Part shown: one piece after another, positions 42,601 through 51,316 of the stretch
Numbering within the stretch: position 1 is the stretch's first letter
Layout of the letters: each line of letters opens with the position of its first letter
Source of the DNA: an uncultured virus (IMG/VR IMGVR_UViG_3300037459_000123)
Taxonomy: Duplodnaviria; Heunggongvirae; Uroviricota; Caudoviricetes
Direction: 5' to 3' (one strand)
Length of the DNA stretch: 64,000 nucleotides
IMG/VR virus record: IMGVR_UViG_3300037459_000123
The notes under the pieces: model-generated
What the model was told of the DNA's origin: nothing
Seen by the model: the letters and a program-made list of their open reading frames with translations, nothing else
Database searches by the model: none
Translations under genes and position numbers: made by a program

Positions 42601-43006
42601 GGAGAGCGCCGGATTCTTGACGACCCAGCAGACGCTCGCCAACGGACAGAAGGTGCTCAGCGCGAGCCACGTCGAAACGGTATTCCGCACCAATACCCTC
42701 AACGCCTACAACGCGGGACGTCGTGCTCAGATGTCACAGCCCGCAGTTCTCCGCGCCCGGCCGGTTTGGCAGTTTCGCGCGATCACAGACAGTGAGACGC
42801 GTGAGTTTCACGGTTCGGCGAGCGGCAAAAAGCTTCTCGCATCGGACCCGTTTTGGAATACCGCTTATCCGCCGTTCGGGTTTAATTGTAGGTGTCGTGT
42901 CAACTCCAGAAACCAATCGGAGTTGGCCGATGTTGTTCCCGGGACGACCATCGTTGGATTGCCCGACCCCGGATTCTCGTCGGGGACGGCCGCGTTGTTG
43001 GTCTAG
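39644..43006 (+). CDS. Mu gp29/DUF935-type portal fused to MuF (gp30-like) head morphogenesis domain
   Basis: DPHLASVLNKR, ELFGKP, KLVLGQTGT in the N-half; AFTVSG, ETVFRTN, DPFW..YPPFGFNCRC in the C-terminal part. Confidence 0.85.
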   Translation: MTRRVIQASRTTAKPLGSLQLRAYAPTEVLPQPPPEVLQNQLFTSPRADRAFRQRFGRSISLDRIELALQSAFRGAMRAITDISRETVDTDPHLASVLNKRFGAVSSLPWEIQPASGFGIDRDKAQFYAEVAREQLRSMSNFRQNLRQLAWALFDGRAALEKQWLALADGMSHPNFGTVTMVIQSMGWIHPRRLSFGPHRDLRVTDEIFDNIGGNFTPIGVEITQVPLKFVWWLPQMFGDYPEREGLAMRTLYWSFFKRFAARERMILTELFGKPWRILEVDEESSADPEALQNADEIIDNLGGAYTARLPRGVKLNVVQPQRTAGAIHGDVITESDKQNSKLVLGQTGTTDGVPAGLNSNQANVMQDEQLMILQSDARWLSEVIESQVTDQMIGVNFGPQEVTHAPHFVLRADLPADRLKEIERLQMAIEAGISVKREEAYATTGFAIPDDTDVVIRIDQPPVPALSPVAPAPRAVVVYPAGQSPESGEQNPPAAQAAPMAGAIEGEASPIGSADASATTTVNEARAHDGKGPLLMPDGSENPDGFLSIFEFKAKIEAGLAVAPEPEPEPEPEPEPIEIEEEDEPTEIDDEEDDEPEVGADPLVDPTAEEHTHELPDGTITGPAPLGEGHTHSLPDGGETGPPIPIEDGDHTHESPDGSTGPVKVVASARSKHVYSVCAVLQPTDVHTPSEITGPLTVELKINKVGDKYEVTSEDGSRSFGVFDTRKEAETRLGEVEGFKSRSSAPLASLLLTRMETGAALALANAVDSHTKWERAWHTYVHTGCGSVHCAANQDQPDTANGSIENIVGTATIEARRHIRKIVNSFKSGVDGLDSPTAIFAALERTRERLDVQPLGRTLERRMIHSAALGSLDGFLDTGISLDTEFDVNGEPIEEVETSARSVALVGTRDFSQLPFGQVEREFRSKRVVQRATFDRLSAQARAQAFTVSGTLSDQMLGTIQSELAAQIGTGADLRKFGKAIETRMESAGFLTTQQTLANGQKVLSASHVETVFRTNTLNAYNAGRRAQMSQPAVLRARPVWQFRAITDSETREFHGSASGKKLLASDPFWNTAYPPFGFNCRCRVNSRNQSELADVVPGTTIVGLPDPGFSSGTAALLV

Positions 43007-43047
43007 GGGGCTTGCACCCCTACCGCTTTGGTGTTCAGGATGCGGGC

Positions 43048-44817
43048 ATGTTGGATCGCGTGTGGCTCAAGTCGGCGATGGACGCAAACGTCGCGCTGAC
43101 GCTCTCAGATCACGCCGCCATTCTTGCCGAGGCTGTCGGAGCTTCACCCGAGGAGGCCAAGTGGATCCACATCGCGACCGAGGGCCAGTTTCTCGGCTAC
43201 TTGGGAGGTCAACGACCTTTTCAGTTCACGCGGCAGACGTTTGACGACATCGTCAAGAACATCCGCGCAAGCGAGAACTTCAAGGCGGGACCGAACGGTG
43301 AGGGGATTCAGGATGTTGTCCCGTGGGACTTCAACCACGCCTCGGAGCAAGACCCCACGCAGGGCGCGCTCCCGTTCATGGGCGCCCCGGCTCAGGGCTG
43401 GGCGATGGACGCCAAGGTGGTGGACGGGTCTGACGGCAAGGCACAACTCCATACCCTGACCCGGTTTCTGGAGCCTGCGCTTGGATACGTGAAGGCCGGA
43501 TCGTACAAGTGGGCCTCCGTCGCGGTGGCGTTCAACCACATCCACCCGGTGAGCGGACAGAATGTCGGCGCGCGCCTGACTTCGATCGCGTTGACCAACA
43601 CTCCGTTCATCGAAGGGCTCCAGCAACTCGTTGCGTCCATGCGGCAAGCGGCCGGAAGCGGATCGCCGGAAGTCGCTCTGCGATTCAACTTTTTTGACAC
43701 CGCCGAGGGGCCGACCGAGGCCAACACATCTCTCAAGGAACTGTTCGGAATTCCGGAGACCTCAACGGTGGCGGATGTCATGACAGAGGTCGCAAAGCTT
43801 GCTCAGTGGATCGAAACGAACACCGTCCCCCTCGGTGTCGATGCGGATTCGTTGATCGGATCGATGCGCAAGATCCTTGGGCTTCCCGCATTGACAACCG
43901 CCTCGGAAGTTCTTGACAACGCCACACAGATCATTCAGCGATTACTAGAAGAAGCCGCTGGACAACCAGGACAACCACAGCCAAGTCCCCCGCCCATAGC
44001 GGCATCTGGAGGAACCACGATGGACGACAAGATTCTCAAGATTCTCGCCAGCAAGCTCGGCGTCCGCGAGTCGGACGACGTTGTGCTTTCCACGATCGGG
44101 GACATCCTCGCCACGCTCAAGGGCCTGGCGGAGATCCTCAACGTCGACAGCGAAGGCAACGGGCGTGCGCTCCTGGAGGCGGCCAAGGAAAAGACCACCG
44201 GGATGGAGAAGCTGGCCGCGTTGCTCAAGGCGCTCGACGTCAAGAATCCGGAGAAGGCCCAGGAGAAGGTCGCCAAGCTGCTGGAGCAGGCCGACGAACT
44301 CGTCAAGGCCCTGCCGGAACTCAAGGATCTCCGCAAGACGACCGAAGATCAGGAGGGCGAGAGTTCCGAGGCAGACGTCGAGGAGGTTGCGACGTCCTAC
44401 CAACTGCCCGACGGCAGCAAGGCGGGGCTGTTGCTCCAGCGTAAGGACGTTGGCCACAAGCTGTTCCTGGAGGCGTGGCCCAAGGACAAGGCTCCCGAGG
44501 CCAAGCCCACGACCGCGACCCCGGCGGCAACGCCGTCGATCGCCCAGACCCTCCTTGCCTCGCTCACGGTGAGCCCGACCGGCCAGGAGATCGTCCCGAA
44601 GGCGGGCGCGGCAGCCACCCCCGCTGCGGGTGTCACGCTGGCAGCCGACAGCGTCGACCTGGCAAACATCCCCGGTCGCAACCGCACCGAAAAGTGCATG
44701 AACATCCTTGCATCCAAGATGCCCACCTGGGAGCAGATGAGCCACGAGCAGCGCACGACCGCCGCCTGGACCCTGTCCCGTTCCCCGAACATCATCGACA
44801 GTTCGATCGCGCTGTAG
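43048..44817 (+). CDS. Mu gpI-like prohead protease/scaffold
   Basis: DFNHAS, APAQGW, YKWAS, SIALTNTPF; helical C-half. Confidence 0.85.
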   Translation: MLDRVWLKSAMDANVALTLSDHAAILAEAVGASPEEAKWIHIATEGQFLGYLGGQRPFQFTRQTFDDIVKNIRASENFKAGPNGEGIQDVVPWDFNHASEQDPTQGALPFMGAPAQGWAMDAKVVDGSDGKAQLHTLTRFLEPALGYVKAGSYKWASVAVAFNHIHPVSGQNVGARLTSIALTNTPFIEGLQQLVASMRQAAGSGSPEVALRFNFFDTAEGPTEANTSLKELFGIPETSTVADVMTEVAKLAQWIETNTVPLGVDADSLIGSMRKILGLPALTTASEVLDNATQIIQRLLEEAAGQPGQPQPSPPPIAASGGTTMDDKILKILASKLGVRESDDVVLSTIGDILATLKGLAEILNVDSEGNGRALLEAAKEKTTGMEKLAALLKALDVKNPEKAQEKVAKLLEQADELVKALPELKDLRKTTEDQEGESSEADVEEVATSYQLPDGSKAGLLLQRKDVGHKLFLEAWPKDKAPEAKPTTATPAATPSIAQTLLASLTVSPTGQEIVPKAGAAATPAAGVTLAADSVDLANIPGRNRTEKCMNILASKMPTWEQMSHEQRTTAAWTLSRSPNIIDSSIAL

Positions 44818-44896
44818 CACGGACCTCAAACCCCAAGACTTCATCAGATAGACCTGATTTCGCTGCCCACGACGGGCACCCAGAGGAGCAGAGACC

Positions 44897-45292
44897 ATGA
44901 CCGAGCCGACAGCAATCGTCCCCGAAAAGGGCATTCGTCCGGGGTTCAACGACACGGGCGTCACCATCGCCACCCGGCTGTTTGTGGCATCGGTCGCGGG
45001 AGATCCCAACGAGGTTGCGCTTCCGGGCGCAGGCGCTCGTGCTCACGGCGTGACGATGGAGGCCATCAAGGATCAAGAGCGCGGCGACGTTCAGATCGAG
45101 GGCCGGGCCATCGTGACCGCGAGCGCGGCCATCACCAAGGGAGCCAACGTCGCCTCCATCGCCACCGGCCGCGCGCGCTTGGCGGTGTCCAACGATGTCG
45201 TCGCAGGAGTTGCGCAGTCGGACGCAGGGGCGGACGGCGACTTCTTGGAGGTCGAACTCGCCGGAGTCGGCGGCGGCCACATCGTTCCGTAG
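44897..45292 (+). CDS. Capsid cement/decoration protein (DUF2190-like)
   Basis: Small G/A/V-rich beta protein between protease and MCP. Confidence 0.7.
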   Translation: MTEPTAIVPEKGIRPGFNDTGVTIATRLFVASVAGDPNEVALPGAGARAHGVTMEAIKDQERGDVQIEGRAIVTASAAITKGANVASIATGRARLAVSNDVVAGVAQSDAGADGDFLEVELAGVGGGHIVP

Positions 45293-45375
45293 GTACGGAC
45301 CAGGGAATCAAACCCACACACTTTTTTACGCCAGCAGAGCAAGCCACACAGCAAAGGTCACAGGGAGACAACACC

Positions 45376-46404
45376 ATGGAAGAGCTGGAAATCGTACTCG
45401 CATCGGACGCGCCGGGGATCGGCGTCAAGGGCCAGCGGGTTACGCTGGCGTTGCAGCCGGAGGACGTCCATGACCCCTCCGAGATTCCGACCTACCTCGC
45501 GGGCTACACGCCGTTCGGCTACCGGGCCGATGAGGCTTCCAAGGCCGTGCTGGTCGATCGGGACGAGGACAAGTTCCGCCAGTTCGACTCGGACGACGCG
45601 TTCGAGTCGATTGCGGTGAAGGGCTCGACGCAGGGAGCAGTCCCCGAGGTCGACCCGAAGTCCGCGCTGGAGACCTACAAGGTTGTCGAGCGGTACGTCG
45701 GATCGTTCATCCCTGTGCAGACCCAGATGAACGCGAGCAATCCGAACTTCGATCCGCGCATGGCGGCCGCGCGGCGATGCCGCCGAGCGCTTCAACTCGA
45801 TCGCGAGATCGACGTCTGGGGGTTGCTCGGAATCGCAGGTTCCTGGACGGCGGCCAACGTCAACGCAGCCCCGGCGGTGTGGAGTGGCGTGTCCGACCCC
45901 ATCAAGGATCTTCAGGACTTGATGGAGGAGAGCGCCCAGCAGATCACCGAGTTCTGGATGAACCAGCGCGTGGCCAACGCCTTCATCCGAAACGATGCGG
46001 TCAAGGACCACATGCGGCAGCATCTCGGCGACGGCCCCTCCAACCAGCAGACTCGTGAGATCAGTCTGGCTGGCACCAAGGTCATCAACTTCGAGATCCC
46101 CGGCATCCCGGTGATCCGAGTGGCGGCCGCCAAGAAAAAGATCAGCCCCGGCGTGTTGGACTACATCCTGACGGATGTGGTGGTGGGTCTCACGACCCTG
46201 CCGGGTGTGCCGGTCGACGGCGAGGAAATCGCATCGACCTGGACCTTCCGACGCAAGGGTCCCTCGGGGACCGGCTTCGAGTCGCGAGAGTTTTTCGTCC
46301 CGGGTCGCGGCCCGTTGGGCGGAACAATGGTGGTGGTATCGCAGGCGGACATCGCCAAGATGACCGCCTCGAACGCGGGCGGTCTGATCACAGGCGTCCT
46401 CTAA
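45376..46404 (+). CDS. Major capsid protein
   Basis: 342 aa, position in head module, RBS, followed by terminator. Confidence 0.75.
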   Translation: MEELEIVLASDAPGIGVKGQRVTLALQPEDVHDPSEIPTYLAGYTPFGYRADEASKAVLVDRDEDKFRQFDSDDAFESIAVKGSTQGAVPEVDPKSALETYKVVERYVGSFIPVQTQMNASNPNFDPRMAAARRCRRALQLDREIDVWGLLGIAGSWTAANVNAAPAVWSGVSDPIKDLQDLMEESAQQITEFWMNQRVANAFIRNDAVKDHMRQHLGDGPSNQQTREISLAGTKVINFEIPGIPVIRVAAAKKKISPGVLDYILTDVVVGLTTLPGVPVDGEEIASTWTFRRKGPSGTGFESREFFVPGRGPLGGTMVVVSQADIAKMTASNAGGLITGVL

Positions 46405-46430
46405 ACCCTACGGGGTGAACACACTCCAAG

Positions 46431-46464
46431 ACGCCACTTGCCCCGCTGGGTGGGTGGCGTTTTT
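46431..46464 (+). terminator. Rho-independent terminator after MCP
   Basis: ACGCCACTTGCCC..GGGTGGGTGGCGT followed by TTTT. Confidence 0.65.
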
Positions 46465-46493
46465 GGTTCGGGAGCAAACAGGAGACTAGATCG

Positions 46494-46760
46494 ATGGCAA
46501 CACGACGAGGAGCAAGCGCCGCAAAGGCGACACCGAAGGCCGCCAAGAAGGCCAAGGCAGCCGAGCCAGCCGAGGCCGAGGAGCCCAAGCCCGCCAAGAA
46601 GGCCAAGCGCAAGGTCGTGGCGGCCCCCTCCAGCGGCTACGTCTGCTGCTACACCGTGACGGTGGGCGAGGACCGGCGTCGCAAGGGAGACCCCTGGGAA
46701 GGCACCCCGGCGGAAGCCAGGCGCCTGCTCAAGATCGGCGCGATCGAACACGTCAAGTAG
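46494..46760 (+). CDS. Small K/A-rich virion-module protein
   Basis: AGGAG RBS; position after MCP. Confidence 0.6.
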   Translation: MATRRGASAAKATPKAAKKAKAAEPAEAEEPKPAKKAKRKVVAAPSSGYVCCYTVTVGEDRRRKGDPWEGTPAEARRLLKIGAIEHVK

Positions 46761-46774
46761 GGTAAGCTAGGGCT

Positions 46775-47278
46775 ATGCCCGTAATCATCGCTCTGTCCGA
46801 CCTGGAGTCGAAGGTTGGTGCTCAGAAAATCGCTCAGTATTTTGACGATAATCTGGACGCTGACCTGACTTCCGTTGAGGAGGTCGCGGCGATCGATGTG
46901 GTCTTGGACGAGGCCGAGGGCGAATACTTCGCGGAGATGCTCAAGGGCTTCAAGTCCAAGTTGCAACTCATCGACCTGGCGAATGCCGACCCTGTTCTCA
47001 AGGGACACATCGCGTGGATCGGAGTTGAGTTGGCGAGTGAGCGGCGTACCGAGTTCACGGACGCGGAGGGCAAGGGCGCGCACTGGATCCAATACACGCG
47101 CGCGATTGACCACTTCCAGAAGGTCGCCAGGAACAAGAAGCGCAGTGGTGGCGAGGAGACCGCGGGCAAGGGGGCAAACGTCGGCGGGGTCATTCAGCCG
47201 AAGCCTCCGGCGTCCGAGCCTGATGCATTCATATTCGCGTCGAGTAAGGGAGCGCCCCGCGGGCACGGGGGCTTTTAG
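46775..47278 (+). CDS. Head-tail adaptor (Mu gp36/DUF1320-like)
   Basis: Helical protein, QYTRAIDHFQKVA; synteny. Confidence 0.65.
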   Translation: MPVIIALSDLESKVGAQKIAQYFDDNLDADLTSVEEVAAIDVVLDEAEGEYFAEMLKGFKSKLQLIDLANADPVLKGHIAWIGVELASERRTEFTDAEGKGAHWIQYTRAIDHFQKVARNKKRSGGEETAGKGANVGGVIQPKPPASEPDAFIFASSKGAPRGHGGF

Positions 47279-47704
47279 ATGTCCGTCGCTATTGAGGTAA
47301 ACGCCACCGAGCTTATTCAGATTCTCAACCGGGCTGGAGTCACTGCTCGGAGCATCGACATGTCGATCGTTGCGGCGGCACTCTCTACCGAGATCGACGA
47401 CATCATCGACAGCGAGGGCGCCAAGGGCGGCAGTCACACCAAGTGGAAGGATCTCTCCGAGTCGACTCTTAGCAATCGGCGAGGTCAGGGCGCCGGAATG
47501 TTGCAGGTGTCGGGCTTGCTCGCGTCTATTCAAACTCGCGTTACACAGCAGACGGCGCGGGCTGCAAGCCCCGCACCCTATGCCGGGTTTCACATCACGG
47601 GGACGGTCAGTCACGTCGCGCGTGATTTCATGGATGTCGACGACGCGCGTTTGCTGGAAGAGATCGGACGTGACGTGCTAATGGAATGGCAGAGGCGTTT
47701 CTGA
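47279..47704 (+). CDS. Virion morphogenesis protein (Mu gpG-like)
   Basis: KWKDLSEST, LQVSGLLASI, YAGFH..G, ARDFM. Confidence 0.8.
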   Translation: MSVAIEVNATELIQILNRAGVTARSIDMSIVAAALSTEIDDIIDSEGAKGGSHTKWKDLSESTLSNRRGQGAGMLQVSGLLASIQTRVTQQTARAASPAPYAGFHITGTVSHVARDFMDVDDARLLEEIGRDVLMEWQRRF

Positions 47705-49600
47705 ATGGCGGCACAGCTACGATTCGAGCAAGCAACGCAGCCCAATGGCGGCGACGGCGAGGCGGTCCTCACGGGCATCAGTACGGAGGACGGCGGCAAC
47801 CCGGGTAAGGCTCAGAAGCTCACGCTCCGCGCGCTCAACATTCCGGCAGGGGCAACCGTTGCGTTCACGGTGCTCGATGCGCAGACAGTGCCCAAGGTCA
47901 ACAACGCCGTCCTCACTCCCGACGTCACGGTGGACACGGCGGAACTCGTTTTCGACAAGGACATCTGGGGCACGTTTCGCATCCGGCTCACGCAGACACT
48001 CGCGACAGCAGTGACCGAGATCCAGACTCGTGTGTTCTCGATTCCCTCACCACGTCATGCCCTGAACCTGCGGGCGTTGAACGAACGGGCCGATGCGGAG
48101 GCGTCGTCGATCAACAACGGGCTGACAGTGCAAGCCGCAAATGAGCGGGTGATTGCAGGCTCGTCGGACGGCTACATCGAGGAGTTGCGTCGACAGTCCG
48201 AGCTTGTGGAGCGTTCGCTCGTGGTGTCGGTCGGGGGCGGGCCGCTGGACATCGTAGTCCGTGATGCGGACGGGAACGACCTGACTGGAACGGGCAGCAG
48301 CGCGGCCCCGTTCAAGACCTACGGCCGCTGCCTGCTGGCCCTGCCGGACGCACCGGACGCTGTGTCGTTGATCCACCTCGGTCCCCACCTGTCGGGCGGT
48401 TACACGCCTGCCGCGCTGCCAGCGCGGTTGCTACGGGCGCAGATCGGTATCGTGGGTGACGGGGGCGGGGGCGTGACGGACGGCTACACGGTGGTCGACG
48501 GGCCCAGGACGGCCGCGGTTGGGACCGATGCCACCAAGATCATCGCGCCGGTTGCGCCGTCCGCCGATGAGTTCACCGACGAGTTCATCGAACTGCTGAC
48601 CGGGCCGGGCGCCGGGCAGTTCAGGTTGATCGTGGAGACGCTCGTCGGTGGTGACATCATCCCGTCGCAGGACTTCAGTCCCGCGCCGGACGACACTACC
48701 ACCTACCGGATCGTCAAGCCGGAGGTTGAGTTCGCCCTGACGTCCAGCCTGCAACTGTTTCAGGGGTTGGGGCCGGTCGACCACTTCGTCCGCAACGGCG
48801 ACGAGCCCGGCATCGCGCTGGTCAACCTGCGGCTCAAGGGCACGGCGGCCAGCAGCGCGTACAGTTTTTGTAACGCCAACTATTACGCCTACGGAGTGCA
48901 GTTGGACGGCTCGGCCGGATTCGCTCAGATGTTTTTCAACAACGCGCGGCTCTACTCCGGGATCGACACGCCCAACGCGGATGTCCCGGTTAACCTGGGC
49001 CTGGCGGCGGCTGGCGAGTGGAAGGGATACGGGCTCTCGGCCTTCGGGGGCTTCGCGTCGCTTCAGTTGGCGTTCGCTCAGATGTCCGGCCACGCGAACC
49101 TCAAAAATGGGTTTCAGATTTTCGGTCAGACGTTGATCGTCCTGAACGGTGGGCGGTTGACTGGTACCGGGACATCATCGGGCTTCTCATTGTCCGGCTC
49201 CGCCCGCGCGTTCTTCGGTGGGTCGCGGGTGATCATCGACGCTCAGGGGAGCGGAGACGCGCTGAAGGTTGAGGATGGCCCCAGTTACGCCTTCGTGTTC
49301 TCAGGAACAGAACTCCGGTCGGTTGGCGGCGCGCTGGTACGGGTTCTACACGGCGCGGTGGTGGACCTGTTTGGGGCCGGGTTCGTCAGCGGGGCCAGCA
49401 GCGCGGGCAAGGCGGCGGATGCGTCGCGGGGCGGTATCCTCAACCTGAACGGGGCGCCAGCGATCACTGGCTCGCCGGGTGGCAGCGAGTTCGGGACCGG
49501 CGGAGCGCCGGGTGACGCGGACGTGGCGGGGGCATTCTTCGCCGCGCCTGGCGACAAGATCAGCCACCCGGACCAGAGCATCATCAGGAGGGTCTCGTGA
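47705..49600 (+). CDS. Large beta-rich virion accessory protein (fibre/appendage-like)
   Basis: DGNDLTGTGSSAAPFKT motif and G/A-rich beta-helix-like C-terminus. Confidence 0.5.
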   Translation: MAAQLRFEQATQPNGGDGEAVLTGISTEDGGNPGKAQKLTLRALNIPAGATVAFTVLDAQTVPKVNNAVLTPDVTVDTAELVFDKDIWGTFRIRLTQTLATAVTEIQTRVFSIPSPRHALNLRALNERADAEASSINNGLTVQAANERVIAGSSDGYIEELRRQSELVERSLVVSVGGGPLDIVVRDADGNDLTGTGSSAAPFKTYGRCLLALPDAPDAVSLIHLGPHLSGGYTPAALPARLLRAQIGIVGDGGGGVTDGYTVVDGPRTAAVGTDATKIIAPVAPSADEFTDEFIELLTGPGAGQFRLIVETLVGGDIIPSQDFSPAPDDTTTYRIVKPEVEFALTSSLQLFQGLGPVDHFVRNGDEPGIALVNLRLKGTAASSAYSFCNANYYAYGVQLDGSAGFAQMFFNNARLYSGIDTPNADVPVNLGLAAAGEWKGYGLSAFGGFASLQLAFAQMSGHANLKNGFQIFGQTLIVLNGGRLTGTGTSSGFSLSGSARAFFGGSRVIIDAQGSGDALKVEDGPSYAFVFSGTELRSVGGALVRVLHGAVVDLFGAGFVSGASSAGKAADASRGGILNLNGAPAITGSPGGSEFGTGGAPGDADVAGAFFAAPGDKISHPDQSIIRRVS

Positions 49601-49785
49601 CGTCTGCCCAAGCGAAGGCCCAACTCCTGACCGATGCGGTAACAGCGAATCTGACGATCGATCAGACGGCGTTGGAGGCCGATGTGGATGTTCGGGTCGC
49701 TGCTGCCGATGCCGATACCGCGTACACGGACGTCAAGGCGTTGATCGATAAGCAGTCGTCAGTCCTCAACCGTCAGAGGCCATAG
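49597..49785 (+). CDS. Small helical hypothetical protein
   Basis: Coupled on both sides. Confidence 0.55.
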   Translation: MTSAQAKAQLLTDAVTANLTIDQTALEADVDVRVAAADADTAYTDVKALIDKQSSVLNRQRP

Positions 49786-50849
49786 TGAGTGGCGCAGGAT
49801 CAGCAGGAACCTCCCCGGCGGGGACCGGCCCCGGTAGTGTGGCCGCTGCCGCTGCTCAGCAATCCGAAAAGCTGATCAGCGCGGGCAGCGTGTTGGAGAC
49901 GAGTCGCGCGCTGATGGCGATCATGTCTCCGGCGACTGGTACGCGGTCATCCGGCAACGTGCGATTGCAGGCGCAGCCCGGTGTCGAGGTCAGCGTCCCT
50001 CGAAATCACTTCGCGTTTCCCGTGATCAAGGGAGACCGTCGTCCTGAGTTGGTGCTCAAGGTCGCCGAGGGCCCGGAGGACGATCAGTCGTGGAAGGTCA
50101 CGGACACGCCGGGGGATATCCTCTTGATCTCGAACATCGGTGGCGAGCGGTACAATCTGCCCGACGGGACGCCCATCGTGTTCGACCCTCCGCTCACTGG
50201 GATCGTGACGTCTCCGGCGGCCAACAAGCCCAAGGTCAACGTTGCATTCTCCGGTGGACTCGATCGCACTGGGCTCGGGTGCGTGGCGGACATGCTGATG
50301 TACGAGCAACTGCGCGTGAGTCCTGAACTCGGGGTGGACCTGCGCCGCTCCGGTATCACCAAGTTTCCGGCGGTGATTCTGACCTGGAGCGATCTGCAAT
50401 CGGCGGACGGTGTCACGGTCCCGCAAGCGGGCAGGGGCAATCGCGTTGGTACGCGCTCGACGCTCTACAAGTCCACGTTCGACATCACCATCATGGTCAG
50501 TCGCGCCGACGAGGATCATGCGCGCCGTCACGAGGGGCTCGCGATCATGGAGTTTCTGATGCGCCTGCTTACGGATCGTCAGTCGGTGGATGGGCTGTGT
50601 GTTTCCAACCCGAGCGGCGTTCAGATCTTGCAGACGTTCCGCGAGACGGCGCTCCCGCAGTCTCTCGTCCAGAAGTTTTACATCTATCACATCATCGTTG
50701 CGGCCGAGCTTGGGTTGGAACAGATCGACAGCCGGACGTTCAACGACTGGTTGACGGCTGTGGTGGATGTCATCAAGCCGCAAGATCCAAAACTTCCGAA
50801 CCAGGGAGATTTCACGGTTGTCGATGACATGGAAGTGGATTTGAGTTAG
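49785..50849 (+). CDS. Putative tail terminator/completion protein
   Basis: FPAVILTW motif and position upstream of the sheath. Confidence 0.5.
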   Translation: MSGAGSAGTSPAGTGPGSVAAAAAQQSEKLISAGSVLETSRALMAIMSPATGTRSSGNVRLQAQPGVEVSVPRNHFAFPVIKGDRRPELVLKVAEGPEDDQSWKVTDTPGDILLISNIGGERYNLPDGTPIVFDPPLTGIVTSPAANKPKVNVAFSGGLDRTGLGCVADMLMYEQLRVSPELGVDLRRSGITKFPAVILTWSDLQSADGVTVPQAGRGNRVGTRSTLYKSTFDITIMVSRADEDHARRHEGLAIMEFLMRLLTDRQSVDGLCVSNPSGVQILQTFRETALPQSLVQKFYIYHIIVAAELGLEQIDSRTFNDWLTAVVDVIKPQDPKLPNQGDFTVVDDMEVDLS

Positions 50850-50866
50850 AGCTAGGAGCGAATCGG

Positions 50867-51316
50867 ATGTCAGACAAGAAGCCGGACAAGATCCCGATGA
50901 AGTATTTTTCGTGCGTCAAGGGGCGCGCGTTCGCTCGGCCGGGTAAGGGCGGCCGAACATTCATCGGGTGCAGTCTGCGCATCAAGCGCAACAGCCAGGG
51001 CAAGGTTCTGAGCCGCAAGTGGGTGTTCCACACGGATCGCGTGGTGGCGATCCCGGCGGCCGAGGTCGCATATTTCAGCAGGGACTACGCCCGAGCGTTC
51101 AAGGACGAGAGTCTCGAACGGCGCACCGAGGGCGACTATCAGGCGTTTCTCAAGGAGCAGGAAGCCGAGAACGAAAAGGCGGTGGCCAAGCGCAAGCTGA
51201 AGCGTAAGGCGAAAGGGGTTGACGGGGAGGGTGATGCGGGTCCAGGGAATGAGGGCGACGACGGTGAACCGGTGAAACGGCGAGGTCGGCGTAAGCAGCC
51301 CGGAGGCACAGAATGA
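50867..51316 (+). CDS. Hypothetical protein upstream of sheath
   Basis: RBS; coupled to sheath gene. Confidence 0.6.
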   Translation: MSDKKPDKIPMKYFSCVKGRAFARPGKGGRTFIGCSLRIKRNSQGKVLSRKWVFHTDRVVAIPAAEVAYFSRDYARAFKDESLERRTEGDYQAFLKEQEAENEKAVAKRKLKRKAKGVDGEGDAGPGNEGDDGEPVKRRGRRKQPGGTE

